Part shown: one piece after another, positions 9,310 to 17,676 of the stretch
Layout: every line of letters starts with the position of its first letter
Position numbering within the stretch: position 1 is the first letter of the stretch
Assembly (NCBI GenBank): GCA_964513245.1
Contig: CAZELO010000012.1
Coordinates: 2,282 to 66,281 of the forward strand
Origin: an uncultured Candidatus Bathyarchaeia archaeon
GTDB taxonomy: Archaea; Thermoproteota; Bathyarchaeia; Bathyarchaeales; DTEX01
Direction of reading: 5' to 3'
Length of the DNA stretch: 64,000 nucleotides
Position numbers and translations under genes: made by a program
Notes under the pieces: generated by a model
Databases searched by the model: none
The model's input: the letters and a program-made list of their open reading frames with translations, nothing else
Told to the model about the DNA's origin: nothing

Positions 9310-9663
9310 TCATTCGCCAAATGTTGTGGGGGCACTGAGCACCGTGTTCTTGTCTCTTTCCAGATAGCGGATGTACTGCTCGATGTATCCGCACTGTGGA
9401 CACGCGTAGGCTTTGATGCCGACTCTCTCGCCCATCATGCCGGCTTCGCCGGGGGTCCAGTAGACGCCTGAGCCGTATGTCCAGATGGAAAGAGGCGAGT
9501 CCCTCTCTACCATGAAGCCTGCATGCATGATCGCGCCGCATCTGGGACAGCTCTTCTCCCTTGTGCCCGTCGTAGGCTGGGATCCTCCTGTTGGGGCACC
9601 GCAGCCTGGGCAGAAACGTGCAGCCTCAGGCAGTTCGCGTCCACATTTCTCGCAAAAAGGCAT
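9310..9663 (-). CDS. zinc-ribbon protein (three CxxC pairs)
   Basis: MPFCEKCGRELPEAARFCPGCGAP, then CPRCG...CPQCG. The ATG at 9663 is preferred over the upstream track start at 9699. Confidence 0.6.
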   Translation of the reverse strand: MPFCEKCGRELPEAARFCPGCGAPTGGSQPTTGTREKSCPRCGAIMHAGFMVERDSPLSIWTYGSGVYWTPGEAGMMGERVGIKAYACPQCGYIEQYIRYLERDKNTVLSAPTTFGE

Positions 9664-9778
9664 TTCACGTTCCCTCTCATAGTCGGCTGACAGTTGCAAT
9701 ACACAAATTATGGGGATTCTGAACGATTTAAGCCTTATCTACTGCGGCTATGGGTTCAGCGGCCTCTGAGGCGGCAGA

Positions 9779-10969
9779 TCATTCCTTGTCCAAGTATTGA
9801 ATTATGCCGCGTCTGCCATCCGTCAGCCACTCGGGGTCTTCTGCCGCGAGTTTTTCGGCTTGCCCTTCTTTGAGACCGGTCATTATCTCGCCCTTCAGCG
9901 TACGCAGAATCAGAAGTGGGGCGGGAAAATAGCTGGCGATCTTTGCCGTCGGCATCGTGTATGGCCAGTGGCGGTCGCTCAGCAGCCGGCGGTAGTTGAC
10001 ATCGCCTTTTAGAACAACCAAATCTAGACGCGCGAATTCATCATAGAGGGTCCTAGGCATCTCGCTGAAATGGTAGGGCGACGCCCAGAACCAGTCTGTC
10101 GACATGAGCAGCGCTCCTTTTGTCGATGCGCTTTGCATACGTTCGCCCAAGCTCCTTAAGATGCGGTTCTGGATTTCTCTATAGGACGCTAAGGCTTCTT
10201 TCACATCCTTAGGCATTGCGTCAGAAACAAAGAAGGGGTAGGGCTTCAGGTAGAAGGTTATCTTGTCCACCCAGCCCACTGTCAGCAGGAAGTCTGCCAG
10301 AAGAAGGTCGAATCCGAGCTCGGCTCCAACATTGTCATTTACGAAGGCTATATGCGCAAGGCGCCGTTGCTTAATGGCAACCAGCGCCCTAGAGAAATCG
10401 TTGATGAGGAGATTCTCGCGTTCCACCGTTGCCTGTCGGCTTCTAACTTCGTCCGCGATACGCTTGCTCAGATCAATGCGGTTTCCCCACAAGCTAGCAT
10501 GCAGTAGGTTCTCGAAGCAAAGCGCTGGGTCGTTGGTCCTGCCAATAGCATCAGTCGCTAGGTTCAATGGCCCAAGGCTTTCCTCTAGCTGTTGCTTCTT
10601 AGCCCTTCGGAAAGGGTCGCGACCTCCAAGAGGCCCGGGCTGAAAGTATTCGACTGCCTCCAGCAGGCGGCGGTAGAAGTAAGTTTCTGCGAAGTACCAA
10701 GGGAGTTGAAGCCACGTTCTATTCGCGTATTTCTGCCAGCGGCTGTTCCATTTTTCCGTGTCGTCTGCTGGTTCGGTCAACGGTTCAATCTTTCTGTTGA
10801 GTATTTCATCTTCGAAACGGGTTAAGCGCTTGACAATGCGGCTTGGATAACTGTTGTCCGCAAGGACCTGCCGTATGATCTGGGGCTTCCGCTGCAGTAT
10901 CGTCTCTTGGGCGAAGGAGCCGGGTTCAGAGGTCATCAAGAAATCGGGCAGTTCTTCGCCGCTTCTCAA
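9779..10969 (-). CDS. DUF89 / ARMT1-like damage-control phosphatase
   Basis: 396 aa. FVNDNVGAELGFDLLLADFLL and VVLKGDVNYRRL match the DUF89 metal-binding motifs (DN...E...D, KGDxNYR). TTG track start; alternative ATG at 10936. Confidence 0.8.
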   Translation of the reverse strand: MRSGEELPDFLMTSEPGSFAQETILQRKPQIIRQVLADNSYPSRIVKRLTRFEDEILNRKIEPLTEPADDTEKWNSRWQKYANRTWLQLPWYFAETYFYRRLLEAVEYFQPGPLGGRDPFRRAKKQQLEESLGPLNLATDAIGRTNDPALCFENLLHASLWGNRIDLSKRIADEVRSRQATVERENLLINDFSRALVAIKQRRLAHIAFVNDNVGAELGFDLLLADFLLTVGWVDKITFYLKPYPFFVSDAMPKDVKEALASYREIQNRILRSLGERMQSASTKGALLMSTDWFWASPYHFSEMPRTLYDEFARLDLVVLKGDVNYRRLLSDRHWPYTMPTAKIASYFPAPLLILRTLKGEIMTGLKEGQAEKLAAEDPEWLTDGRRGIIQYLDKE

Positions 10970-11195
10970 GAGGTCTTGTCAGCTCCTTTTCTCCCTTTGT
11001 CACGTGGACATTTAGAGATGTCGGACCAGAAATAAAGTTTTCTTGTCTCAGTTGCGGAACCGAACGTTTTTTAGAATGTCTTCGCTTCTATGCTGATCTG
11101 CCGATGACGAAACAAAAAAGCCTGATGTGTGAAGAAGCAGGGGGTTATCTGAGGCAAAAACCAGCGGGGAGGAGCCATCTTTGAAAGCTGGCGGT

Positions 11196-11726
11196 TCACT
11201 GTTTTTCCGCCCGTTTCTCCATCAGCATGCTGTGTAGCCGCTCTACTTTCTCCCTTTCAACATAGCCTTTGTGGGGTCGGAAGCCTCCGGTGAAGCCCTT
11301 CGGAATGTGCAGTAGTTCGTGGATAACTGTCTTTTCTTTTTCCGCTGTGCTGAGGTGGTCGTAGTTTTCAGAGATAACCTCGATGACGTAGGCTGCCGGT
11401 CGCCTCAGGGATTCCTGCCATATTGGTGACAGCCCGTGGATACGTGCAATGATGCGCCTAGATTTTGAGCCCTTGCTGCGGTAGCAGTAAACGAATTGCG
11501 GCACAACGTGAAACATGTCCAGACTGTCCACGGCCTCGTCAGCCAATGCCTTAACGTCCGGAGCCTCAGAATACTCTAAGCCCAAGCTCAGTGTTTCCTC
11601 CTGTTCTGTGCAAGATATGTTGAAGGAATGTTTATGCCTTTTAATTTCTTTTGTTCTTGAAACCGTGGGCGTCTGTCCGGCATCAGCGTTACATTTGACA
11701 GCGGCGAACCTATACAGTGCTGGCAA
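11196..11726 (-). CDS. putative zinc metallopeptidase (archaeal COG4900-like, HExxH)
   Basis: C-terminal half RSKGSKSRRIIARIHGLSPIWQESL...YVIEVISENYDHLS...VIHELLHIPKGFTGGFRPH resembles the small archaeal predicted-metallopeptidase family. The N-terminal extent is uncertain. Confidence 0.5.
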   Translation of the reverse strand: MPALYRFAAVKCNADAGQTPTVSRTKEIKRHKHSFNISCTEQEETLSLGLEYSEAPDVKALADEAVDSLDMFHVVPQFVYCYRSKGSKSRRIIARIHGLSPIWQESLRRPAAYVIEVISENYDHLSTAEKEKTVIHELLHIPKGFTGGFRPHKGYVEREKVERLHSMLMEKRAEKQ

Positions 11727-11908
11727 GGGAAGGATACGTCATTTTGTGCTGTTTATCTTATATGGTAGAGGGTTATGAGGGCTGATTTGCCTAGGCATAA
11801 AATGTGAGCCCTTGTGGGCATTGTTTGCGAAAACTTTATTACCTATAGGTTGAATATTTCAGATTGTATGTGGTGCCATCAAAAAGGGTTTCGGGGGAAA
11901 TAGAGAGC

Positions 11909-12235
11909 ATGCCCCGTCCAGTCGGGACAATTGGTGAAACCAAGTTTAAGATTCTTGCCATAGTATACTTGAACGAGTTGCATGGGACCCCCACGTACGG
12001 CTACGATGTGTGGAGATTCCTCAAAAAAGTCTTTTACTGCTATCTGGATGAGGGAGACCTCCGCGACGTCTACCGTCACCTCAAAGAACTTGAAGGCTTC
12101 GGCTTAATAGCCCGTGGAACACGTCAAACGGTCAAGGGCGCCCCTCAACGTCAGCCCTACCTATTAACAGAAAAGGGCAAAGAGATGAAAGACAAGTTCA
12201 CCAGATACGTAGACATACTATCAAAACAAAATTAA
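11909..12235 (+). CDS. PadR-family winged-helix transcriptional regulator
   Basis: KFKILAIVYLNELHGTPTYGYDVWRFLKK...LKELEGFGLI...YLLTEKGKE. ATG 11909 is preceded by a GGGGGAAA Shine-Dalgarno-like element. The track starts at TTG 11864. Confidence 0.75.
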   Translation: MPRPVGTIGETKFKILAIVYLNELHGTPTYGYDVWRFLKKVFYCYLDEGDLRDVYRHLKELEGFGLIARGTRQTVKGAPQRQPYLLTEKGKEMKDKFTRYVDILSKQN

Positions 12236-12463
12236 ACTCCGAAGAAAAAAGTCACAATCAAATCGAAGTGACATAAGATATTGCATGTTGATGCTGCTTT
12301 GATTTCATGCATCTGTTTCTCAACACTGACACCAGGCTGCTGGAACCACGCCTAAACAAAGCAAAAATGTTTGCAAGGGAATTGTGCGGAGCGATGGATG
12401 TCAGCGCCAAAGCATTAAGAAAGGTTTGGTGCGAGCGAATCTGCGAGGGCTGAAGCTTTTTTG

Positions 12464-13306
12464 TTATACGCTGCCGCCGAGCAGTAGTGATGCGGCAACT
12501 GCGATTACTACGATTACTGCTGTTTGGAGGAATGTTACTCTCCAAGGTACTCTTGTCTTCTGGGAGCGATAGCGGACTAGGAAGATGCCTATGACACTGC
12601 CCACTATGCAGAGGGAAAGAACTATGTCAAGCGGCGAAGGCAGGACTAGATAAGCCATTATGGGCACTATGCCTGCTACGAAGGTGGTTACACCGCATAA
12701 GACTGCGGCAAAAACGTTTGTCCTGTTGATCGCTTTGTTCAGAACGCCGAATATCTCTTTGACCAAGAGAAGCGATTTGGTCCGCTCCTCTCTATCCGGG
12801 ATGTCGCTTAGGCTGTAGTTCATCAGGTTCTGCAGCGTAATCATGTCTGCCAGATCCTCGGTTGTGCCGCCGAGCAGAAAACTTGAGAAGTTCGTTATGG
12901 CTACGGCTGCTAAAGTCAGAAGCGCCGCGATTGCAGTCGTGCTCATGGTCAACCCTGCGATGAAGGCTGAGAGAATGACCACGAGTCCTGTGATGGAACC
13001 GTCAGCCACACCTGCAACGACCTCGAGTATGGGTTCGCTTTTCAAAAGCAGATTTTTCCATTCGTTGCCCAGCTGGCTACCCTTCTCGGTTAGCTGGACT
13101 GTTTCGCCTTGATTGGTGATGAGTCCTTCAGAAGCCATCTCTTTCAGGGCTTCGTCCAAGTCATCCATTTCAACGGACATGTGGCGCTTGCTGATTTTGT
13201 CAATTCGATGCTTAAGCTGAGGCTTCTTCAGAGCGGTTCCTTTTGTGAGGTTTATGAGGATAAATACCCGTATTACGTCGGGTAACTCCTGTATCTCAAA
13301 CGACAA
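12464..13306 (-). CDS. VIT1/CCC1-like membrane protein with an N-terminal winged-helix-like domain (tentative)
   Basis: 280 aa. N-terminal soluble ~90 aa (GLITNQGETVQLTEKGSQL), then VAGVADGSITGLVVILSAFIAG and four more hydrophobic helices, reminiscent of the VIT1 family. Start codon uncertain (TTG). Confidence 0.4.
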   Translation of the reverse strand: MSFEIQELPDVIRVFILINLTKGTALKKPQLKHRIDKISKRHMSVEMDDLDEALKEMASEGLITNQGETVQLTEKGSQLGNEWKNLLLKSEPILEVVAGVADGSITGLVVILSAFIAGLTMSTTAIAALLTLAAVAITNFSSFLLGGTTEDLADMITLQNLMNYSLSDIPDREERTKSLLLVKEIFGVLNKAINRTNVFAAVLCGVTTFVAGIVPIMAYLVLPSPLDIVLSLCIVGSVIGIFLVRYRSQKTRVPWRVTFLQTAVIVVIAVAASLLLGGSV

Positions 13307-13368
13307 ACCAGTGATTCACCGTGTACTCTTTAAGATGGAAGACGAAGGTTAATAAACTTTTGTGCGGT

Positions 13369-13824
13369 TCAATTCAGACTTTCCTTTTTTGTGTTGTGGA
13401 GTAGATACTTGATGTATCTGGACCATGCTTGAAAATAACCTCGCTCGAAGCTTGTGTTCAACGGTCTCTGTAATGTTACTCTGAAGGATTTCTGCGCATC
13501 TCGAAGTTCGTCTTCATCATAGTTGCTCGCCTCCAGTATGTATGGTTGGACCGAGGAAGACCTATCCCTTAAGGCATCTATCATTCCCATCAAGGCATTT
13601 GCGTATCCCGCCCGCCACTTCTCGTCCAACTTCATTTCCTCAATCTGATTCACCAGCCTCTCAGCCGCCGACCACTTTCTTTCCTCAAGCAACGGAAAAA
13701 ACTGAAGCAAAGTCTTCTCGAAGAGAACCCTCCACTTCCCATAAGCCTTGTGATACCGGCTTATGTGAGCATTTAAACCGCGTTCACTACTGATTTTTCT
13801 TCCGCACAGTTCGCAGAACACCAT
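13369..13824 (-). CDS. C2H2 zinc-finger protein, function unknown
   Basis: N-terminus FCELCGRKISSERGLNAHISRYH fits C-x2-C-x12-H-x4-H. The rest is helical with no recognised domain. Confidence 0.5.
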   Translation of the reverse strand: MVFCELCGRKISSERGLNAHISRYHKAYGKWRVLFEKTLLQFFPLLEERKWSAAERLVNQIEEMKLDEKWRAGYANALMGMIDALRDRSSSVQPYILEASNYDEDELRDAQKSFRVTLQRPLNTSFERGYFQAWSRYIKYLLHNTKKESLN

Positions 13825-14303
13825 ACCCAGACAGCTCGCAAATCTTTCTCCAGAAGGTTAATCTACCTAATGGTTATTTACCTTTTCGCTAATTCTCATC
13901 GCAAACACTGCAGCTGAAACTGAAAGAACGAGCAGCCATGATGGGCAACAGGCGCGGCCAGCCCAGAAACGCAATGTGGGTTCGCACGATTGGTTCAGAG
14001 GCATATTTAAGTACAAAGCAGAGGAACCCTGAGAATCTAAAATAGATGACGCCATTCGAATTTTAACTTAAACACTTGACCTCGACACACATGCCAAGAA
14101 TGTTCGGGACTTCAGCCTCAAGTATTTTCTTTCTTTGCCCTTTTTTGTTCGGCTCGAAGTGTAAAGGATAATGTTTTTATATGTAGGTGAAGAAATTTTT
14201 AGTGATCTGCTATCTGTTTTAGAGAAGAGACGGGTTAATCAGAACAGAGGGGCTTTCCGCTCAATCGGATGGTAGATTGACATTTCCTTGAGTTGAGATA
14301 GAC

Positions 14304-14594
14304 ATGAACGGACGTAGAAGTAAGGTCCGGTTTTCACAACGAAGTAGAATAGAAATCATGGCTTGCATACTCAACTGTGCCAACCCGGTCTCAAGAAAAA
14401 CCAGAATCCTATATAGTTGCAACCTCAGCTATCAACAATTGAAATTATACCTGAAATACTTGGCTGAAAACGGTTTCCTGCGAATTAGAGAACAGAAAAA
14501 CAAAACGATTTTTGAGGCAACCGAGAAAGGCAAAGAATTTCTAAAAGACTACCACGAGATCAAAGGAATCATAGAAAAATCCCATGACATATAG
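14304..14594 (+). CDS. small winged-helix DNA-binding protein (HTH_45-like)
   Basis: RSRIEIMACILNCAN...KTRILYSCNLSYQQLKLYLKYLAENGFL...ATEKGKEFL is typical of small archaeal wHTH regulators. Confidence 0.6.
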   Translation: MNGRRSKVRFSQRSRIEIMACILNCANPVSRKTRILYSCNLSYQQLKLYLKYLAENGFLRIREQKNKTIFEATEKGKEFLKDYHEIKGIIEKSHDI

Positions 14595-14756
14595 ACTTGA
14601 TCCCAGAAACAACGGATGAACTCTTGTTAGAGAGATGGTTGGGGAGTATGGGGTAGGCTAAACACATGTTGAAGGATTAGAGAAATATCGGCGTCTTCTC
14701 TTTCCAGAGTTGTATTGACCATTGTTTCTGCCTAAAATGAAGGGCCTAAGGCATGA

Positions 14757-15011
14757 TTATTGCACGATCTCGGCGGTTGCAAATCTTTGCGCGACTCTGG
14801 TTACTCTGAACTTGACGTGATCGCCCACCTTGGCGCCAGAGACGAATATTATGAAGCCTTCGATCTTGGCTATACCGTCTCCTCTACGGCTGAGTTCCGT
14901 GATGTCAGCTTCATATTCTTCTCCTTCTTTGACTGGCGTTGGTTTCGAAAAACCGCCACTTCTGTATCCTCTGCTACCATAACCTCTGCTTCCGTAGCTC
15001 ATTCTATTCAC
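14757..15011 (-). CDS. TRAM-domain RNA-binding protein with an N-terminal RG/Y-rich tail
   Basis: 84 aa. GEEYEADITELSRRGDGIAKIEGFIIFVSGAKVGDHVKFRVTRV is a canonical stand-alone archaeal TRAM domain. The N-terminus is SYGSRGYGSRGYRSGG. Confidence 0.8.
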   Translation of the reverse strand: MNRMSYGSRGYGSRGYRSGGFSKPTPVKEGEEYEADITELSRRGDGIAKIEGFIIFVSGAKVGDHVKFRVTRVAQRFATAEIVQ

Positions 15012-15254
15012 CTCGCTAATTCTTGCTCACTCGGATTACAGGAATTGAAAGAGGCAAAACGCTTCGCAACGTCTGATTTTTTCCTCGTCCAGTCCTGACC
15101 GGTGACAACACAACAAGTGATATGCGTGTATATTAATGTAGTGTGTTACAGCTCAAACCTGTCTCATCCCAGACAAAGCGCAGAGAGCATGCACGATTCT
15201 GTTTGGCTCTAGCGAAGGAAAAACGTGACCAGATCTCTATTTGCTTCAACCCTA

Positions 15255-15509
15255 CTAGATTTTGATGAGAAAAACCATGTTCTTGGCATAGATCTTTTTT
15301 TCGTTTCTAGAATGATTTCTACTTTGTGAGGTAGGTTTTGTGGGGTCAGTCACTTTCACTATTTTACTTAAATGTTTTTGTGGGCATCTGACAGCTATAA
15401 CCTTCTTGTCTTCGCTGATCCACACTATCTTGGCCTTATGATCCTCAGGACATTCGTAGATGTCTCCAACCTTCAACTGCATTCTTCCTACCTCAGAATA
15501 TTCTTTCAT
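15255..15509 (-). CDS. hypothetical small protein
   Basis: ORF only. A possible shorter start lies at MQLKVGD (15482). No recognised motif. Confidence 0.3.
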   Translation of the reverse strand: MKEYSEVGRMQLKVGDIYECPEDHKAKIVWISEDKKVIAVRCPQKHLSKIVKVTDPTKPTSQSRNHSRNEKKIYAKNMVFLIKI

Positions 15510-15572
15510 TGCGATTTATCAGACGTAGATGATGTTCCATTTTGATTTTGGGATTATGCTTTGTGGTTTCTT

Positions 15573-16262
15573 CTAATCGGAACGCGCCACCTTGATGTTG
15601 TTCGTAGTTGAATTCATGACGCTTATTTTCCCATGTTTTCTAACTCTTAACTGTCGTTCACCTCTAAACCAAGTGACGTACGCATTATTGATTTGAATAA
15701 AGTCATGGACAGTAACTGCCTTTATCTGAGGCCCGAATAGACTTAGATTAATAGTGCCCGTTTCATCAGCAATCAAGGCGTCTGCCAAAATAGTGAAGAG
15801 GCCGGATCCCGTCGGGGTCCGAGTTGGCTGCGATACTCGTAGAACTCGCGCGTTTATGTTAAGGCGTTTCATTCCAATCTTTAAATCTCTAATCTTGACG
15901 TCGCTGGATTTAGTTCCTTGCGAAAGGGTTCTCATTGTAAGCAGTCTACAAACAAATTCTTTAAGCGAGTTCACTTCTTCGTTCAGAAATTGCTCAGAGA
16001 TGCTGAATTGTCCAACGACATCCCGACCTTTGGTTATGAGAAAGATTGAGTGGTTCTGTCCTCTCAAGCGACATTCAATTGCCAGTTCCCCGCACTCACA
16101 TTTTCCATGCTGATAAACCGTAAGAAGACTTTTGAAAAACTCATCCGAATCAACCCTATATTTTATTGAAACTTTGGCAAGATACTCCAAAAGCTGAATG
16201 TCTGCTTGTGAACGACGCCTTCCGTTAGACCGCCCTCGCACACTGTCAAATCGATATCGCAT
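15573..16262 (-). CDS. OB-fold nucleic-acid-binding protein (SSB/RPA-like C-terminal domain)
   Basis: C-terminal ~110 aa: LNINARVLRVSQPTRTPTGSGLFTILADALIADETGTINLSLFGPQI...INNAYVTWFRGERQLRV is the typical OB-fold pattern. The N-terminal half is unassigned. Confidence 0.5.
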   Translation of the reverse strand: MRYRFDSVRGRSNGRRRSQADIQLLEYLAKVSIKYRVDSDEFFKSLLTVYQHGKCECGELAIECRLRGQNHSIFLITKGRDVVGQFSISEQFLNEEVNSLKEFVCRLLTMRTLSQGTKSSDVKIRDLKIGMKRLNINARVLRVSQPTRTPTGSGLFTILADALIADETGTINLSLFGPQIKAVTVHDFIQINNAYVTWFRGERQLRVRKHGKISVMNSTTNNIKVARSD

Positions 16263-16288
16263 CTTGTCTTCTCCCTCTTATCGCTGTT

Positions 16289-16558
16289 TCACGTGATTTC
16301 CAACGTCTTCATTTTCGCCTTAGCCTGCACCATATTCTTCGTTCTTGTGCTGATTTTGCTCGCATTTAGTTCTTTTCTGACTTTCAAGCCTGAAACGGTT
16401 CTTTTCCTCTTCAGGTTCTTTGCAACCCAGTTCTTCTTCTTCCACCTTTTGAGAGCCCTCTGTTTCTTCTTTCTTTCCTTCGCCGCCTTCTTCAACTTTC
16501 TTTTCTCCCATTTCGTCTTTTTTCGAGATATCCAAAAATAGTACGCTCTAAGCATCAC
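16289..16558 (-). CDS. low-complexity charged ORF; reading frame ambiguous
   Basis: Purine-rich sense strand. Two overlapping minus-strand ORFs (a K/R-rich 89 aa one and an E/K-rich 71 aa one at 16320-16535) and one plus-strand frame are all open, so coding status and frame cannot be decided from sequence. Confidence 0.2.
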   Translation of the reverse strand: MMLRAYYFWISRKKTKWEKRKLKKAAKERKKKQRALKRWKKKNWVAKNLKRKRTVSGLKVRKELNASKISTRTKNMVQAKAKMKTLEIT

Positions 16559-16651
16559 GGATGCCTGTTCGCATCTTTTTTTCTTTTGGATATAGATTTA
16601 ATGCCAATCTTTTCAGCCTTCCTTTGACCGATTGACTTTTGGGCTCTGTTC

Positions 16652-16966
16652 TTATCTTGTGAGGTAACCCTTGCTTCTTAACCAGTCTGTTTGATTCCTT
16701 TTGTATCTCCAGCAAATGTCGCCCCTTATGTCGGATTGAAAGTCCCATGGAGAAACTAGAACTGTGTCTCCTAAACGGATCCAGACTCTTCTCTTCAATT
16801 TTCCTCTGATTCGGCAGACACGTTCATGACCGTCTTGGCACTTCACCAAGATTCGGTCAAAGCCAAGCAGTTTAACAGCTGTTCCTAATACGTCGGTGGC
16901 AGCTGGTAATTGCATTTTGCTTATGTCATCTTCGCTGATAACCTTCCGTTTGCCCATCTTTTTCAC
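16652..16966 (-). CDS. eif1a: translation initiation factor aIF-1A
   Basis: 104 aa. LGFDRILVKCQDGHERVCRIRGKLKRRVWIRLGDTVLVSPWDFQSD..GDICWRY is the S1-like aIF-1A/eIF-1A signature. Confidence 0.9.
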   Translation of the reverse strand: MKKMGKRKVISEDDISKMQLPAATDVLGTAVKLLGFDRILVKCQDGHERVCRIRGKLKRRVWIRLGDTVLVSPWDFQSDIRGDICWRYKRNQTDWLRSKGYLTR

Positions 16967-17407
16967 CGTCTCGACCGTCTCAAGCTCTTGATTTCTGTTT
17001 GTTGTCTACGTAGGTTTTGCTTCCTTTTTGCTTCTTAATTGTGCAATGGAGTCTCACAGATGACTGGCATTTCCTGCAGTTGGTCACTAGACCTGCTCTT
17101 AGTTTACACACTTGCTTCTAACCCCTTTGGTATCACTATGAAAAGATCCAGTTATTCAGTAGGACAAACCTACAGCATAAGAGAAGACTTTTCAGTAATA
17201 GTAGATGCGCTTCCACCCTTATAAAGGCGCAGGTGAAGCCCTTTGGCAGCTGCCTGTCAAATCAAGGACAAAAAGTTCCCCTCTGGGTGCCATGCTTTGT
17301 TGAACAATGCGGGTTCCGTATCGTCAAACAAGACAGACCAGACTTTTGTGGTGCAATGAAATATTCGCATTGTGACACAAATTATAGCTTGAACCGCCAT
17401 CCATGGT

Positions 17408-17515
17408 TGGTGCCGGGGGCGGGATTCGAGCCCGCGACTTCTGGACTTGGTGCGCTTGCCCTTTTGTTCTCCAGATTATGAGTCTGGCGCCCAAACCAGG
17501 CTAGGCTACCCCGGC
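17408..17515 (-). tRNA. tRNA with anticodon CAT (elongator Met or Ile2), CCA encoded, with a ~30 nt non-canonical intron in the variable region
   Basis: Hand-folded on the minus strand. Acceptor GCCGGGG/CCCCGGC. D arm GCCT-AGCCTGGTTT-GGGC. Anticodon arm CCAGA-CTCATAA-TCTGG. T arm GCGGG-CTCGAAT-CCCGC. Discriminator A plus CCA. There are 35 nt between the anticodon stem and the T stem where 5 are expected. Removing 17439-17468 leaves the canonical variable loop AGGTC. G1:C72 and no GGG/CCC in the anticodon stem argue against an initiator. Confidence 0.85.
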
Positions 17516-17538
17516 TACTATTTGGACTACCTCGATAC

Positions 17539-17548
17539 ATTTTATTTA
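17539..17548 (-). promoter_or_regulatory. TATA-box-like element for the tRNA gene
   Basis: Minus-strand TAAATAAAAT ends 23 nt upstream of tRNA position 1, which is the usual archaeal TATA-to-TSS spacing. Confidence 0.4.
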
Positions 17549-17676
17549 CGCTTCCTGAAAAACATTAGCTCGTCTTTCTGGCATATGTATTCAAAGCCTG
17601 TCTCGAGCAGAGATTTTATTTCTTCAGGTTTGCTTGCTACGTTCACTGTGAACTCGTCGCCGTACTCTCCGAACAT
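17542..17676 (-). CDS. small ORF (44 aa) ending ...GFEYICQKDELMFFRKRK
   Basis: Not in the track (<60 aa). MFGEYGDEFTVNVASKPEEIKSLLETGFEYICQKDELMFFRKRK. From memory, the xxEAxxLLExGFEYV...FRKRK C-terminus is a recurrent motif of small archaeal ORFs. The frame stays open a further ~25 codons upstream without an ATG. Confidence 0.3.
   Translation of the reverse strand: MFGEYGDEFTVNVASKPEEIKSLLETGFEYICQKDELMFFRKRK

Noticed and set aside
10970-11195. Intergenic strings CGATGACGA and CCTGATGTGTGA considered as C/D-box sRNA boxes
   Set aside because: There is no properly spaced D box (CTGA) or terminal pairing. The match to RUGAUGA is imperfect.
16548-16748. 66 aa minus-strand ORF overlapping the 3-prime end of aIF-1A
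   Set aside because: It is out of frame with, and largely inside, the confidently identified aIF-1A gene.
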